Positions 38,616 to 52,160 of a stretch of DNA of 64,000 nucleotides are shown piece by piece. Each line of letters begins with the position of its first letter. Positions within the stretch are counted from its first letter, which is position 1. A program made the translations under genes and the position numbers. The notes beneath the pieces were generated by a model. That model did no database searches. It was given only the letters and a program-made list of their open reading frames with translations, and was not told the DNA's origin. This DNA comes from Octopus sinensis (lineage: Eukaryota). Location: contig NC_042999.1 in NCBI RefSeq assembly GCF_006345805.1, forward strand, positions 3,224,001 through 3,288,000, read 5' to 3'.

Positions 38616-38907
38616 TGGAGGCGCAATGGCCCAGTGGTTAGGGCAGCGGACTTGCGGTCGGAGGATCGCGGTTTCGATTCCCAGACCGAGCGTTGTGTGT
38701 GTTTATTGAGCGAAAACACCTAAATCTCCACGAGGCTCCAGCAGGGGGTGGTGGCGATCCCTGCTGTACTCTTTCGCCACAACTTTCTCTTACTCTTTCT
38801 TCTATTGGCCTGCTCGCTTAGCTAGCGGGGTGGCGTCATTTGAAGGCTAAAACAATGCAAATCGTATTGTGACCAGCGATGTGTAACAACATCTGATAGC
38901 CTGGTCG
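38616..38907 (+). mobile_element. SINE family D (tRNA-derived), full-length
   Basis: GGAGGCGCAATGGCCCAGTGGTTAGGGCAGCGGAC...GGTTTCGATTCCCAG head. A second copy lies at about 44315-44615 (-), nested in SINE A. Confidence 0.8.
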
Positions 38908-39574
38908 TAAGAAAAAAAAATATATATATATATACATATATATATAAATAATCCTATACAAATAATCCTTTCTATCCATAGGCACAAGGCCTCATGTTTG
39001 GTAAGAGAGGTCTAGTCGATTACATCAACCCCAAAATTTCACTGGTACTCAGTTTATCGACACCGAAAGGATGAAAGGCAAAGACACACAAATTCACCAC
39101 CTCATCCCATGTCTTCCTGGATCCATATATTTTGGAATTAAACTTCTTAATCAGGCAGCCGTATATCTCTGCTTCAAACCTCTTAACCACCCAGCCATGC
39201 GATTTGCTGTTGTATTTACCGTTAACCACTCAAGCAGACTTCAATATCTCATCTATGAGCTTGATATAAAATTGAGAATGGCATCATCGTCATCGTCTTC
39301 TTCTTTCTAAAATTAAGTTATCTATTCTAAAACAACATTCATTGTAAGTTTTCATTGACGTAACAGATGGCAGTTTCACCGGTTTCTTTGTTTGTTTGTT
39401 TGTTATGGGTTTTTTTTTTTTTGTTTTTTGAAGAAATAATTGTTAAACAGAATTTCTTGAAAGACAAATTATATAACAACATCGTTAATACCATTACAGA
39501 AATAAGTAGATAATCCAATTCTGGCTTCAAAATTTATTAACATCAATATTTCAAAGACACTGCTGCTGCCATTA

Positions 39575-39605
<31 letters not shown>

Positions 39606-40512
39606 AACTACTACTATTACTACTACTACCACCACCACCACCACCACTACTACTATTACTGCTGCTGCTACAGATAATAATTATTATTATGATAATAATA
39701 AGAAAATGAATCCTTTCTATTATTGGCACAAGGCCTGAAATTTTGGGGGATGGGATTAGTCAATTATATCAACCCCAGAATTTCACTGGTACTTAATTTA
39801 TTGACCCCGAAATGATGAAAAGCAAAGTTGACCGTGGCGGAATTTCAACTCAGATGGGCGAAATACTGGTAAGCATTTCATCCTGTGTGCTAACGATTTT
39901 GCAGCTTGCAGCTTTAATGGTAATAATAATAATAACGAGCACTCAGAGAGCACAAACTTTCACCAAGGCAACTCCAATGTCCTCTCTACAATTGGCCAGA
40001 GATGATTTTTAAAATAAGAATATCTGAAATTAACTCGATTGCTCTCACAAACGAGAATACTGAAAATGAACCTGACCGCTCTCAAAAATTAAGTATAAAA
40101 ACTGTAAAAATAATCCAGAATCCTTGTCTGGTACCAGGTCGATCCTAAAATCTAATCAGTTTGTGCCAGTCATGAGGCCAAACATCCCTGAAAGTTTCAT
40201 CTGAATCCATCCAGCAGTTCTTGAGATATCTTGTCCACAGACAAACAAACAAACATGACTGAAAACAATACCTCCACCTTCGCTAAGATGAAGGTAACGC
40301 TGGTTTCAAATTTTGGCACAAGGCCAGTAGGTTTGGAGGAGGGGTAAGTTGGTTACCTCAATCCCAGTACTCAACTGGTTCTTATTTTATTGACCCTGGA
40401 AGGATGAAAAGTAAATTCAACCTCAGCAGAATTTGAACTCAAAGCATAAAGATGGATGAAAAACTGCTGAGCATTTAGTCCAGCACGCTAATGATTTTTC
40501 CAGCTCACCCTC

Positions 40513-40550
<38 letters not shown>

Positions 40551-40553
<3 letters not shown>

Positions 40554-41130
40554 CAGACATAGTGTTAATTGAAAAAGAAAGCAAACTATGCTGGATCATA
40601 GATATAGCATGCCCAGCTGACAACAAGGTATGTGATAAGGAAGAAAGAAAAGTCGATAGATATGACAGGTTAGCTTGGGAGGTTAAGCAGTTGTGGTCGC
40701 TGTGACACTGTAGTACATCTCTAGCGTTAGAAGCCGTACAAAGACAACAATTATAATAATAATAATAATTAATAATGATAATAATAATAATGATAATTCA
40801 AGAAAAGTCAATAGATATAACAGGTTAGCTTGGGAAGTTAAGCAGTTGTGGTCGCTGAAAAAGGTGGTAGTAGTATCAATGATTGTCAGAGCCCTGGGAA
40901 CAGTGAGTAAAAATCTTGAGAAGTACATTGAACAAATAGGGGCTGCAATACGGGTGGAGCACTTGCAGAAAACAGCACTGCTTGAAACCACTTGAATACT
41001 CTGGATGATGGTCAAAAAATAAGGGGTGTTACCTTAGTTCACTGGTAGTGAACAGCTGACCCCGTAGAACATCTCCAGCATTAGAAGCTGTGCAAAGACA
41101 ATAAGATAATAATAATAATAATAATAATAA
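40551..41130 (+). pseudogene. R4/Dong-type LINE 3' end with (TAA)n tail and an internal partial duplication
   Basis: KPDIVLIEKESKLCWIIDIACPADNKV...RYDRLAWEVKQLWSL...ALGTVSKNLEKY...LQKTALL. Confidence 0.8.
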
Positions 41131-41916
41131 CATAACTGCTGATGGAGCATATTTATTTTGAAGGAAGTTTTTATTCGTTAGTCGATCGTTGGAAATATTT
41201 CCTTCCTTTGATTTTGAAATAATATTAGTCTTGATACATTTCTTTATTGATTTTATTAGAAAATATTCTTATCTCCTTTGATATGTTAAGTGAAAAATAA
41301 AAAAATAAAAAGTTTTCGGTGAACCAAAGAAAGAATCTTCTCAATGAATCCCCTTTCAAAAAATTGTTTGAAAGCCACAGATCTGATGCGATAAACTTAA
41401 CCCAACTCATTGAAAAATACAGATATTTTCGACTTAAAAGTTTTCTCAGCTTTTTCAACTTCTTGCTAAATATACAAACAGGTTATTTCAATCAAACTAC
41501 AAAGTCTCTACAAAACGAAAATTAATAGGATTTGTGAAATACATATTAATAATGCTGTGTGCTGTGTTGCCTTTGTATTGTCTTTGAAATTAAATATATT
41601 ATTTGTTCCACTGAGTCTGCTATAAATTTTACTAAGTTTGAAACGTCTGCAAGAAATTCTGCAAAGAAACTTTCTTATATCATCATCATCGTTTTAACAT
41701 TTATTTTTCCAATCTGAACTCTGCCCGATCAGATTGGAGTCTGGTGCAGCCATCTGGTTCGCCAGCCCTCAGTCAAAATCGTTCAACCCATGCTAGCATG
41801 GAAAGCAGACGTTAAACAATGATGATGGTGGTGATGATTTTCCATACTTGTATCAGTCAGACAAGACTATGTTGTAACAAAGTCTTCTATGGTCAGATGT
41901 TGTTCCTGACTGAATA

Positions 41917-42060
41917 CCTAGCACATAGTCAACGACAATGATGAAGAGAAATGGGGCGAGTGTGTCTCCCTGCGGTATTCCGGCTTTGACTGAGAAAGAT
42001 GATGTTTCCCCATCAGAAGTTAAGATGGTTGAAGACGTATCTGTGTAGAGGACCTTGATG
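41917..42060 (-). pseudogene. RTE-clade reverse transcriptase fragment
   Basis: IKVLYTDTSSTILTSDGETSSFSVKAGIPQGDTLAPFLFIIVVDYVL. Confidence 0.85.
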
Positions 42061-42436
42061 GTAGAACAATGATGATGAATGTTCCTGATACCAACCTTTA
42101 CCTGTTTTCATGCAAATTAATAATCTACTCAGGTAACGTATAGTTCAGGTATGCTTTCATGGAGGACCACAAGCAATTTTGAATAAACTGAGGCTTCTGT
42201 TGAGAGGGTGTTGTTCTGAAGCATTTGACTGCTGTTTTTTGTTTCCTTTTTTTTTTATATGATTTTGTCCCAAACAAGGCTCGAGGCTGCAGTAGCATGA
42301 GGAGCTACAAAGAAGAAACAGAAGGCTACAGATACAAAAGTTGTCATTTAACAGGAAGAACTGAATATCATAGACAAGAGGAAAACAAAAGGATTGTAGT
42401 AAGTTCTAGAGAGCTACAGTTTAAGGAAAGAAACTA

Positions 42437-43170
42437 TAACTCTGAGCACCTTTTCAAACTCCACCTGTCTAACACCCGTGGACATGTTTACAAAGTCAGA
42501 AAACAGCACAGCTCCTTCCATGACTTTCGGAAACATTTTTTCATGCTAAGAGTTGCTGAAGCATGGAACAAACTGCCGGCATAAGTTGTTAGTTGTCGGA
42601 GCACTGCATCCTTCAAAACTTCCATGCTTCCTGAGATTCACCAACACTACACCTGATTTTCTCCCCTCCATACACACACAAGCATATATCTGACTCGTAC
42701 ACTGTTCGCTTCCCAGACATTTGTACATTACTGCATATGCTTTATACACACTTTTGACAAGTTGTGGTGCACCTGAGCACTGTATACAATAATTTCATTA
42801 TGTTATATATAAACTCCACCTGTCTAACACCCGTGGACATGTTTACAAAGTTAGAAAACAGCACAGCTCCCATGACTTTCGGAAACATTTTTTCATGCTA
42901 AGAGTTGCTGAAGCATGAAACAAACTGCCGGCATCAGTTGTTAGTTGTCGGAGCACTGCATCCTTCAAAACTTCCATGCTTCCTGAGATTCGCCAACACT
43001 ACACCTGATTTTCTCCCCTCCATACACACGCAAGCATGTATCTGACTCATACACTGTTCGCTTTCCAGACATTTGTGCATTACTGCATGTGCTTTATATG
43101 CACTTTTGACAAGTTGTGGTGCACCTGAGCACCGTATACAATAATTTCATCATTATTATTATTATTATTT
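42437..43170 (+). mobile_element. Two tandem CR1 3' fragments with (ATT)n tail
   Basis: LFKLHLSNTRGHVYKVRKQHSS...AWNKLPA occurs twice (about 42437-42803 and 42810-43170). Confidence 0.85.
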
Positions 43171-43761
43171 TAGAATAAAAAGACAGGAAGCTCCACAGAG
43201 AGTCTAAGAAGAGAAGCGGCAAACAAATAATATATTTAATTTCAAAGACAATATAAAAGCAACTCAGCACACAGCATTATTAATATGTATTTCACAAATC
43301 CTATTAATTTTCGTTTTGTAGAGACTTTGTAGTTTGATCGAAATAACCTGTTTGTATATTTAGCAAGAAGTTGAAAAAGCTGAGAAAACTTCTAAGTCGA
43401 AAATATCTGTATTTTTCAATGAGTTGGGTTAAGTTTATCGCATCAGATCTGTGGCTTTCAAACAATTTTTTGAAAGGGGATTCACTGAGAAGATTCTTTC
43501 TCTAAAGGGCTTGACAGAGGGTACTTGGCCAGAAAGCTCATCAGAGCAATGATGAACAATGTAATTGACTCCACCCTCACCCCAATGCTCAACTGGTTTT
43601 ATTTCATTGTTTCTCCAAGAATGTAAAGCAAAGCTGTTGGTTGAATTTGAACTCAGAATATAAAGAGCCAAAAGGAATGCTTCTAAACATTTTGTCCAAC
43701 ACACAAAAAATTCTGCCATTTTGCTGTCTTCAATAATAATGGCTTAAAATTTTGGCACAAG

Positions 43762-43920
43762 CACAAGTGTAGCTGGGGGAGGGAGTGGTCTGCCCTGGGT
43801 GGCACTTTTAAAGAGGTGGCACTTTGGGGTCTGTTGTAGGCAATATGTGTTTTTTGTGGGGTCCAGGGGCAGCAAGCAGACGGGCCACCCCGGGTGACAT
43901 ACACTCCAGCTACACTTGTG
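43762..43920. mobile_element. 159-bp hAT-type MITE with 8-bp target-site duplication
   Basis: TIR CACAAGTGTAGCTGG/CCAGCTACACTTGTG; TSD GGCACAAG at 43754-43761 and 43921-43928. Confidence 0.75.
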
Positions 43921-45624
43921 GGCACAAGGGCAGCTATTTTAGGAGGCGGGTATGTCAATTACATTCACCCCCAGGGCTCAGCTGGTACTTATTTTATTGA
44001 CCCTGAAAGGATGAAAGCAAAGTTAGCCTCTAGGATATTTGAAATCAGGAAGTAAAGAACCTGAAAAAGTGCTGCTAAACATCTTGTCTAATATTCTTTT
44101 ATTTGTTTCAGTCATGTGTCTGCGGCCATGCTGCAGCACCGCCTTTAGTCAAACAAATCAATCACAGGACTTATTTTTTGTAGGCCTAGTACTTATTCTA
44201 TTGGTCTCTTTTGCTGATCCGCTATGTTATGGGGACGTAAACACACCAACATTGGTTGTCAAGTGATGGTGGGAGGACAAACACAAATACACACACACAT
44301 ACACATATATATTACTGTGACCGACCAGGCTATCAGATGTTGATACACATCACTGGTCACAATGCACCTTGCATTGTTTTAGCCTTCAAATGAAGCTGCC
44401 CTGCTGGCTAAGTGAGCAGGCCAACAGAAGAAAGAGTGAGAAAACGTTATGGTGGAAGAGTACAGCAGGGATCACCACCACCCTCTGCCAGAGCCTCGCG
44501 GAGCTTTAGGTGTTTTTGCCCAATAAGCATTCACAACACCTGATCTGGGAATCGAAACTGTGATCCTACAACCGTGAGTCCGCTGCTCTAACCACTGGGT
44601 CATTGTGCGTCCACACACACATATATATGATGAACTTCTTTCAGTTTCGATCTACCAAATCCACTCACAAGGCTTTGGTTGGCCCAAGGTTATAATAGAT
44701 ACATTTGCCCAAAGTGCCATGCAGTGGGACTGAACCTGGAACCATGTGATTATGAAGCAAGCTTCTTACCACACAGCCACTCTTGTTAAAGATTCTGCCA
44801 ACCCATGTTTCTTAATGCTTTTAGATTTTGGCTCAAGATCAGCAAGCATAGGTTAGTTGATGCTCTCACTCTCAGTACTCACCTGGTTCTCATTTTATCA
44901 ACCACCCTGAAACGACGAAAGGTAAAGTGAATGATGAGGAAACTAATAATGATTAATCTGAAACAGATTATATAAACAACCGTTTTCTTGCCAAAAGTAT
45001 TTGGTCGTATAATAAAAGATAAGCATTAGTTGTCAAATGACTTCCCAAAGGTGATTTGTTTTCGGTCAACTATTCAATGTGGCCTGACCTCAACATATCA
45101 AGTACATACCCTTTTGTTTATGTTCAAAACCAGATAAGATTAATGCAGTAGAGCTCTGTAACACTTTCAGCACATAATTCATTTACTGCTCCATATATGT
45201 GCTTGTATATGTATGTGTGTGTATAAGAGAAACCTGTACATGTGATGCTTGAGATATACATACGTATGTATACTTATACACACACATACTAACATTTTTA
45301 CCTTTTGAATCACATTAAACATTGTAATTTAGTATTAGAAATTGATGTTGCTGCTCTACCTATGACGCAGAATAATTATCGTTTATGTTATCTGACCATA
45401 TTTGCTTTCTGCTGACAACACTGAACTTTTTAATTTTGCTAATCTGAAAAAATATCGTTACATGGTGATTATTTAGTCACAAATATAGACTTTATTCTCA
45501 GCCATAATCTATTAATATTTAGCAATTCTTAAGATGCTGCTATAGTGGCCATATATATATTACTTACATTGGAACAAGAAGCCAGGTTTGAGAGGAAGAA
45601 TCATTAACAGTAACATTCCTTTCT

Positions 45625-46075
45625 ACTCTAAGCACAATGCCTGAAATTTTGGGGGAGCGGGGGTGCAGGGAAGTTGATTAGATCAATCTCCAGTATGTGA
45701 CTGGTACTTAATTTATTGACCCTGAAGAGATGTAAAGCAAAGTCAACCTCAGCGGAATTTGAACTCAGAACATAAAAGACAGATGAAATACCGCTAAGCA
45801 TTTTACCCGGCATGCTAACGATTCTGCCAGCTTGCCACCTTCAAGAGTCTTTTCTACTCTTGGCACAAGGCCCGAAAGTTTTGTGTAGGGAGGGGGGAGT
45901 CGATTAGATCGACCCCAGTATGCAACTGGTACTTAATTTATCAACCCTGAAAGGATGAAAGGCATCGTCGACCTCAGCAGAATTTGAACTCAGAACGTAA
46001 AGACAGACGAAATACCACTAAGCATTTCACCTGGCATGCTAACGATTCTGCCAGCTCGCTGTCTTGCATTAATGA
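45625..46075 (-). mobile_element. Two SINE family C copies (tRNA head, MetaSINE/Sauria-like central domain)
   Basis: Sense: GGCGAGCTGGCAGAATCGTTAGC...CTGAGTTCAAATTC...GCCTTTCATCCTTTC(G)GGGTCGATAAATTAAGTACCAG. Superfamily assignment is from memory. Confidence 0.75.
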
Positions 46076-46844
46076 TAATATTGACCCCAGTGTGTGACTG
46101 GTACTTTATTCTAAACCAGTTGTAACTAAGTGCCACAAGTGTATTCTTTGCAGTGCTGATGATTCGACCAATTCACTACTGTTATTGTTTAGAATATAAG
46201 AATGTGGCTGTGTTGTTAAGCAGTTCACTTCACAATCACTAAAGAACATGTGGTTCCAGGTTCAGTCCCACTGCATGGCACCTTGGGCAAGTGTCTTCTA
46301 CTATAGCCTCAGGCTGACCAATACTTTGTGAGTGAATTTTGGCAGATGGAAACTGTGTGGAAGACCATCCTATGTGTGTGTGTGGGGGGTGCAAACATGG
46401 CTGTGTGGTTAAGAAGTTTGCCTCCCAACCACATGGTTTCAGGTTCAGTCCCACTGCATGACACCTTGGGCAGTTGTCTTTTACTATAGTTTTGGGCTGA
46501 CCAAAGTCTTGTTAATGGATTAAATAAATGGAAACTGAAAGAAGCCTGTAATATATATGTGTTTGTGTCTCCTTGTCTTGTAAATGAGTGTCATTCAAGC
46601 ATTGTCTGTCATTTCCAGTCTCCTGTGAAATCACAGTTTGCTTACTTCCCTATGTTGGTTTGCTTACATCCCTATAACTTAGCAGTTCAGCAATAGACTG
46701 ATAGGATAAGTACCAGATTTAAAAACAAGTACAGGAGTCGATTTGCTCAACGAAATTCCTTCAGGCTGATGCTCCAGCATGGCCACAGTCCAGTAAAAGA
46801 TAAAGTAAGTAAAAGTCAAGTAAAAGATAAAAAGATATTCTACA

Positions 46845-47650
46845 AAGAATCTTTTCTACTCTAGGCACAAGACCTGAAATTTTTTGGGGGGCAGGGGCCA
46901 GTTGATTAGATCGACCCCAGTATGCAACTGGTACTTAATTTATCGACCCCAAAAGGATAAAAGACAAAGTCGACCTCGGTAGAATTTGAACTCAGGACGT
47001 AAAGACAGACAAAATACCACTAAGCATTTCACCTGGCATATTAACGTTTCTGCCAGCTCACAGCCTTTGAATCTAGATATATTCTTTTCTACTCTAGGCA
47101 CAGGCCCCAAATTTTTGGGTAGGGGGCCAGTCAATTAGATCAATCCCAGTACACAACTGGTACTTAATTTATAGACCCCAAAAGGATAAAGGACAAAGTC
47201 AACCGTGGCAGAATTTGAGCTCAGAACATAAAAACAGATGAAATACCTATTTCTTTACTACCCACAAGGGGCTAAACACAGAGAGGACAAACAAGGACAG
47301 ACAAACGGATCAAGTCAATTATATCGACCCCAGTGCGCAACTGGTACTTATTTAATCGACCCCGAAAGGATGAAAGGCAAAGTCAACCTCGGCGGAATTT
47401 GAACTCAGAATGTAGCGGCAGACGAAATACCTATTTCTTTATTACCCACAAGGGGACAAACAAGGACAGACATAAATATTAAGTCGATTACATCGACCCC
47501 AGTGCGTAACTGGTACTTAATTTATTGACCCCGAAAGGATGAAAGGCAAAGTCGACCTCGGCGGAATTTGAACTCAGAACGTAACGGCAGACGAAATACC
47601 ACTAAGCATTTTGCCTGGCATGCTAACATTTCTACCAGCTTGCCACCTTA
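46845..47650 (-). mobile_element. SINE family C array: one trimer (47085-47650) and one monomer (46845-47070)
   Basis: The body repeats with the fixed junction AAAGAAATAGGTATTTC(G/A)TC. Confidence 0.8.
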
Positions 47651-48039
47651 GATATTCTACAAAGAATGGTATACATTTATTTCCTTCTTAGCTTGACTGG
47701 TTCTTGCGAAGAACTTTGAAAACATTATGCAATACAAGAAAGTATCAACTTGGAAACGTCTTTAGATTGTCGCTAAATGTGTTGTTTCTGTTAGTCTGTG
47801 TTTTGTCACGGACCAAAATATAGCAAAATCTATAATCAACCGCAAACTGAATATCTCATGTCATATATCTGCAGGTAATCTGGCTCATTATTTCCTGATT
47901 TACAGCTTAGTTCGGTTATGTCGTAACTACAAAATATGGTTATCGCAAACAGAGAGAAAGGGAACAATCACTATCCTGGAATTAAATCCACCAACTTCAG
48001 CCTGTTGATGTTGATAACGACATTAGAGAGAATGTCAGG

Positions 48040-48430
48040 CTGGGGGGGGGGGTAGTTTGAGTGGGTGAAGGTTAGAGGAGGAGGAGAAAGAGGAGGGAAA
48101 GGATGAAAGAAGAAAAGAAAAAAAGGAAGGAGAAGAAAAGGGAAAGGAAAGACAGAAATGAAGGAGAGAAGGAAAAGAAAGGAAGAAAAGAGAAAAAACG
48201 AAAAAGAAAGTAATGAAGGAAAGAAAGGACAGAAACAAAGATAGAAAAGAAGAAACATAAGAAATGAAGGAAAGATGGAATGAAAAAGGGAAGAAGAGAA
48301 GAGGAAAAAGAAAGAAGAAACAAATGAATGTACGAAAGAAAGAAATGACAAAGATGGAAAGAAAAGACAGAAAGACAGAGAGGAAGAGAGAAAAAAGGAA
48401 GATAGAAAGGGAGGAAAGAAGAAAAAGAAT
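48040..48430. repeat. Purine-rich (GA/GAA) low-complexity tract
   Basis: Seen directly; it explains the F/S/L-rich and K/R/E-rich ORFs. Confidence 0.9.
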
Positions 48431-48454
48431 TCCATATGTGGAAGAATTATTGTA

Positions 48455-48860
48455 ACATTCTTTTCTACTCTAGGTACAAGGCCCAAAATTTTTCGCGGGG
48501 CAGGGGGCAGTTGATTAGATCGACCCCAGTACAAATCTCATACTTAATTTATCAACCCCGAAAGGATGAAAAGCAAAGTTGACTTCGGCGGAATTTGAAC
48601 TCAGAACGTAAAAACTACGAAATACCTATTTTTTTTATTGCCCACAAGGGGCTAAATACAGAGGAGACAAACAAGGACAGACAGATAGATTAAGTCGATT
48701 ATATCAACTCCAGTGTGCAACTGGTACTTATTTAATTGACCCCGAAAGGATGAAAGGTAAAGTCGACCTTGGTGGAATTTGAACTCAGAACGTAGCAGCA
48801 GACGAAACACTGCTAAGCATTTTGTTCGGTGTGCTAACGTTTCTGCCAGCTCATTGCCTT
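48455..48860 (-). mobile_element. SINE family C dimer
   Basis: Head-body-tail1 fused through the same junction to body-tail2. Confidence 0.8.
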
Positions 48861-49254
48861 CAATTCTCATAATATTGAAGATATAATTTTTTTACTTTTA
48901 CAGTAATTAGTAAAATAAACTGTATGGCAGTCATTAACTTTTGTCTGTTACCAAACTTGACCGATTAACAAAGTTGAATTAGTCAACAGCAGATCAACAA
49001 TATTAGATGAAGAGATAATCAAGTGAAACCAGCCACAACCCAGAACTAATCCTGTTATCGGAAGCACTGAAATCAATTGGAAATTTGGTCAGTCAGATTA
49101 TCTTCTTTCCGCAATATTTGATTCGTGGAAGTCGTTGAGGTTTAAAATACACAACATACTCAAAAGCTGGAGATTCCTATGGAAACAACTGAGTTGTAGA
49201 TTGACCCTGTCTCACCTTGTTCCCGGTATAATAGGAATAGCATAAACGAATTCG

Positions 49255-49792
49255 ATGACTGGCATCCGTGCTAGCGGGGTGCAAAGAGCACCATACGAGT
49301 GTGATCATCGACAGAGCGGCTAACTGGCTTCCGTGCCAGTGGCACTTAAAAGGCACCATTCGAGCGCGATCGTTACCAGCGTCACACTACTGGCACTCGA
49401 GCCATGTGCTAGTAGGGTATTAAGAGCACCATCCAAGCGTGCTCATTGCCAGTGCGGCTATCTGCCCTCCGTGCCGGTGGCACGTAAAAGGGCACCATTT
49501 GAGCGTGATCGTTACCAGCATCGCCTAACAGGCACCCACGCCAGTGACATGTGTAAAAGATTCAAGCGAGGTCGTTGCCAGTACCAACTAACTGGCCCCG
49601 TGTCGGTGGCATGTAGAAGCACCCACTACACTCTTGGAGTGCCTGGTGTTAGGAAGGGCATCCAGCTGTAGAAACTCTGCCAGATCAAGATTGAAGCGTG
49701 GTGCAGCCAACTGGTTCGCCAGCCCTCAGTTACACGTCCAACCCATGCTAGCATGGAAAGCAGACGTTAAACGATGATGATGATGATGATGA
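49255..49792 (+). mobile_element. Family B element with a long internal repeat region
   Basis: GTGCC(A/G)GTGGCAC units, conserved 3' module and (GAT)n. Confidence 0.7.
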
Positions 49793-50899
49793 ATTCTCTA
49801 TCAGATTCCCAGTAAAGCAGTAATGAACAACGAACATAGAGAAAGAAGATAAAATGCTAAAATTAGACGACTGATGGCCATTGCTGCTTTGTGGTCAAGC
49901 TTGTTTATGACTCGTTGCTAATGTTGACCATCAAAGCTCTCTCTTTTTCTCTTACTCTCTTTTACTTGTTTCAGTCATTTGACTGTGGCCATGCTGGAGT
50001 GTTGCCTTTTGTCGAGCAAATCGACCTCGGGACTTATTTTATTGGTCTCGTTTGCTGAACCGCTAAGTGACAGGGACATAAATACACCAGCATCGGTTGT
50101 CAAGCAATGCTGGGGTGACAAACACAAACACACAAACATACACACACACACATATGTATGACGGGCTTCTTTGAGTTTCCGCCTACCATGGTGGTGGTGG
50201 TAGTGCTTCTTCTTCTTCTCTACTATAGGTGCAAGGCCTGAAATTTGCAGGGAGGGGGATATTTGATTACATCAACCCCAGTACTCAACTGGTACTTAAT
50301 TTATTGACCCCCGAAATGATGAAAGGCAAATTCAACCTCAGTGGAATTTGAACTCAGAATGTGAAGGACAAAATACTGCTATGCTTTTTTCCCCGGTGTG
50401 CTAGCAATTCTGCCAGCTTACAGCCTTAATAATAATAATAATAATAATAATAACAACATCATCAACATGCATTGTGGAGATTAGGTGCACACTATAAATA
50501 TGACCGATCGTATTATAAAGAAATGTCTTTATGATTAATAAAAAGGTCAGCAAGTAAAGTCATTAAAAGTCATTTGAAAGTCATCCAGTACTTAGATTTC
50601 CTTTGATGGAAGTTTAAACAACCCACGCTTCCAGGACATCTTGATCTGCCAAGTAACCAATGCTTTATTGCATTAATATTACTAACTTAATATTAGTAAA
50701 TGCCTCATTCGCTCGTTTAGTTTTTCCCACTGACATTTACATTGTTGTCTTTGAAAGCTAAATATAAATTACCTGTTTCTTTTACATTTGAGATTTGAGC
50801 TTATAATCTAATGAGGGAGCATTTATATGGTCTTTTGACCTGCTAGAAATACCAGCAAATCTCTCTGAAAATCATATATGCTACTATAGTATAGTATAT

Positions 50900-51130
50900 A
50901 TTTCTTTATTGCCCACAAGGGGCTAAACATAGAGGGGACAAACAAAGACAGACAAAGGGATTAAGTCGATTACATCGACCCCAGTGCGAAACTGGTACTT
51001 TATTTATCGACCCCGAAAGGATGAAAGGCAAAGTCGACCTCGGCGGAATTTGAACTCAGAACGTAATGGCAGATGAAATACGGCTGCGCATTTTGCCTGG
51101 CGTGCTAACGATTCTACCAGCTCGCCGCCC
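50900..51130 (-). mobile_element. SINE family C copy, little decay
   Basis: Full head, body and tail1; CpGs retained. Confidence 0.85.
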
Positions 51131-51669
51131 AAAGTGTTGTGGATGTTGTTGTGGTTATGGTTGTCATGGTAACTGCTGATGAATGAAAATGTAATTCTAG
51201 GGCTGAGTGCAGAAGTAATTAAAAACACTCACAAACAATTAACAGAGGTTTTTATTTACAGCACGTCGTAGTGTTTTTTGTGCTGGTGAATGGGAGAGAC
51301 ATCATGCTGCTGAGATCAGCAACTGGTAAAGCAATTGTCGATGGCTCATCACATCTGGAAAATAATTGCACTGTATTCATGGCGACAAAGTCTGTGCCTT
51401 CCAGCTACCGATGCCTGGTGATAGTTACGAAAGGAGAATGGAGACGTTGAGCTGTAACTGTATGCATGAGAATGCATACATAAAACAAAGCATTCAAATT
51501 TGCAGATGCACTGAATCCAAATATTGCACACATATGCGCAAACATACACAGATACCTTGTTGTTGATGTTGAAATCCCGATGAAGGAGCCTTGGATCTAG
51601 GATAGTAACTATTTCTTTCTCTATTGGCAAGATATATATTTATATATATAAAACTGAATACCATATGAT

Positions 51670-52160
51670 GCAGGAAAACCTGGAGTTCACACTGAAGATA
51701 TCACCACATCATATGCAGCTGTCCAAAAATGTCATCACAGTATTATTTATCAATGAGACATGACGTAGTTAGGACACTCTATAATGTAATCTGTTGGAAG
51801 GATAATCCCGAGGACAAAGAAATAAGAACCCACAATATGGTAGAAGCCATAGCCACTCATAATAAAAAAGAATTCTGGTGGAATGTACCAGTGAAGACCT
51901 CAATAAAATGTAAGCACAACAGACCTGATATAACGATTTGGGATAGAGAAGAGAAACTGTGCACAGTTGTGGTAATTAGATGCCCAGCAGATGTTAACAT
52001 AAAGCTGAAGATCAGTTAAAAAGAGAACATCTATGCTGAACTATTGAGAAATCTGCAGTTATTCTATCCAGATTACAAGTTCAGATTTATGCCTGTAATT
52101 ACTGGGGCCATGGGATATGTAACACACTGCCTAAATACCAGTCTTGAGAAATTAGGCTGT
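51670..52160 (+). pseudogene. RLE-type (R4/NeSL-like) LINE C-terminal remnant
   Basis: EDIT(H)IICSCPKMSSQYYLSMRHD...HNRPDITIWDREEKLCTVV...MPVITGAMG (CCHC plus PD..D endonuclease region). Confidence 0.8.

Larger units (their letters stand above)
41328..43501. repeat. 280-bp inverted repeat pair (41328-41607 and 43222-43501)
   Basis: The arms are reverse complements with few mismatches; the spacer is filled with TE fragments. Confidence 0.9.

Noticed and set aside
38616-38690. tRNA-like sequence
   Set aside because: It is the head of SINE family D and continues into a SINE body; no proper acceptor stem. No genuine tRNA gene was seen in the window.
45103-45445. Two short minus-strand exon-like segments (SSTALILSGFEHKQK and LAKLKSSVLSAESKY)
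   Set aside because: Weak splice signals and incompatible phases.
47971-48534. 187-aa F/S/L-rich ORF resembling a membrane protein
   Set aside because: It is the translation of the GA-rich low-complexity tract plus a SINE C tail.
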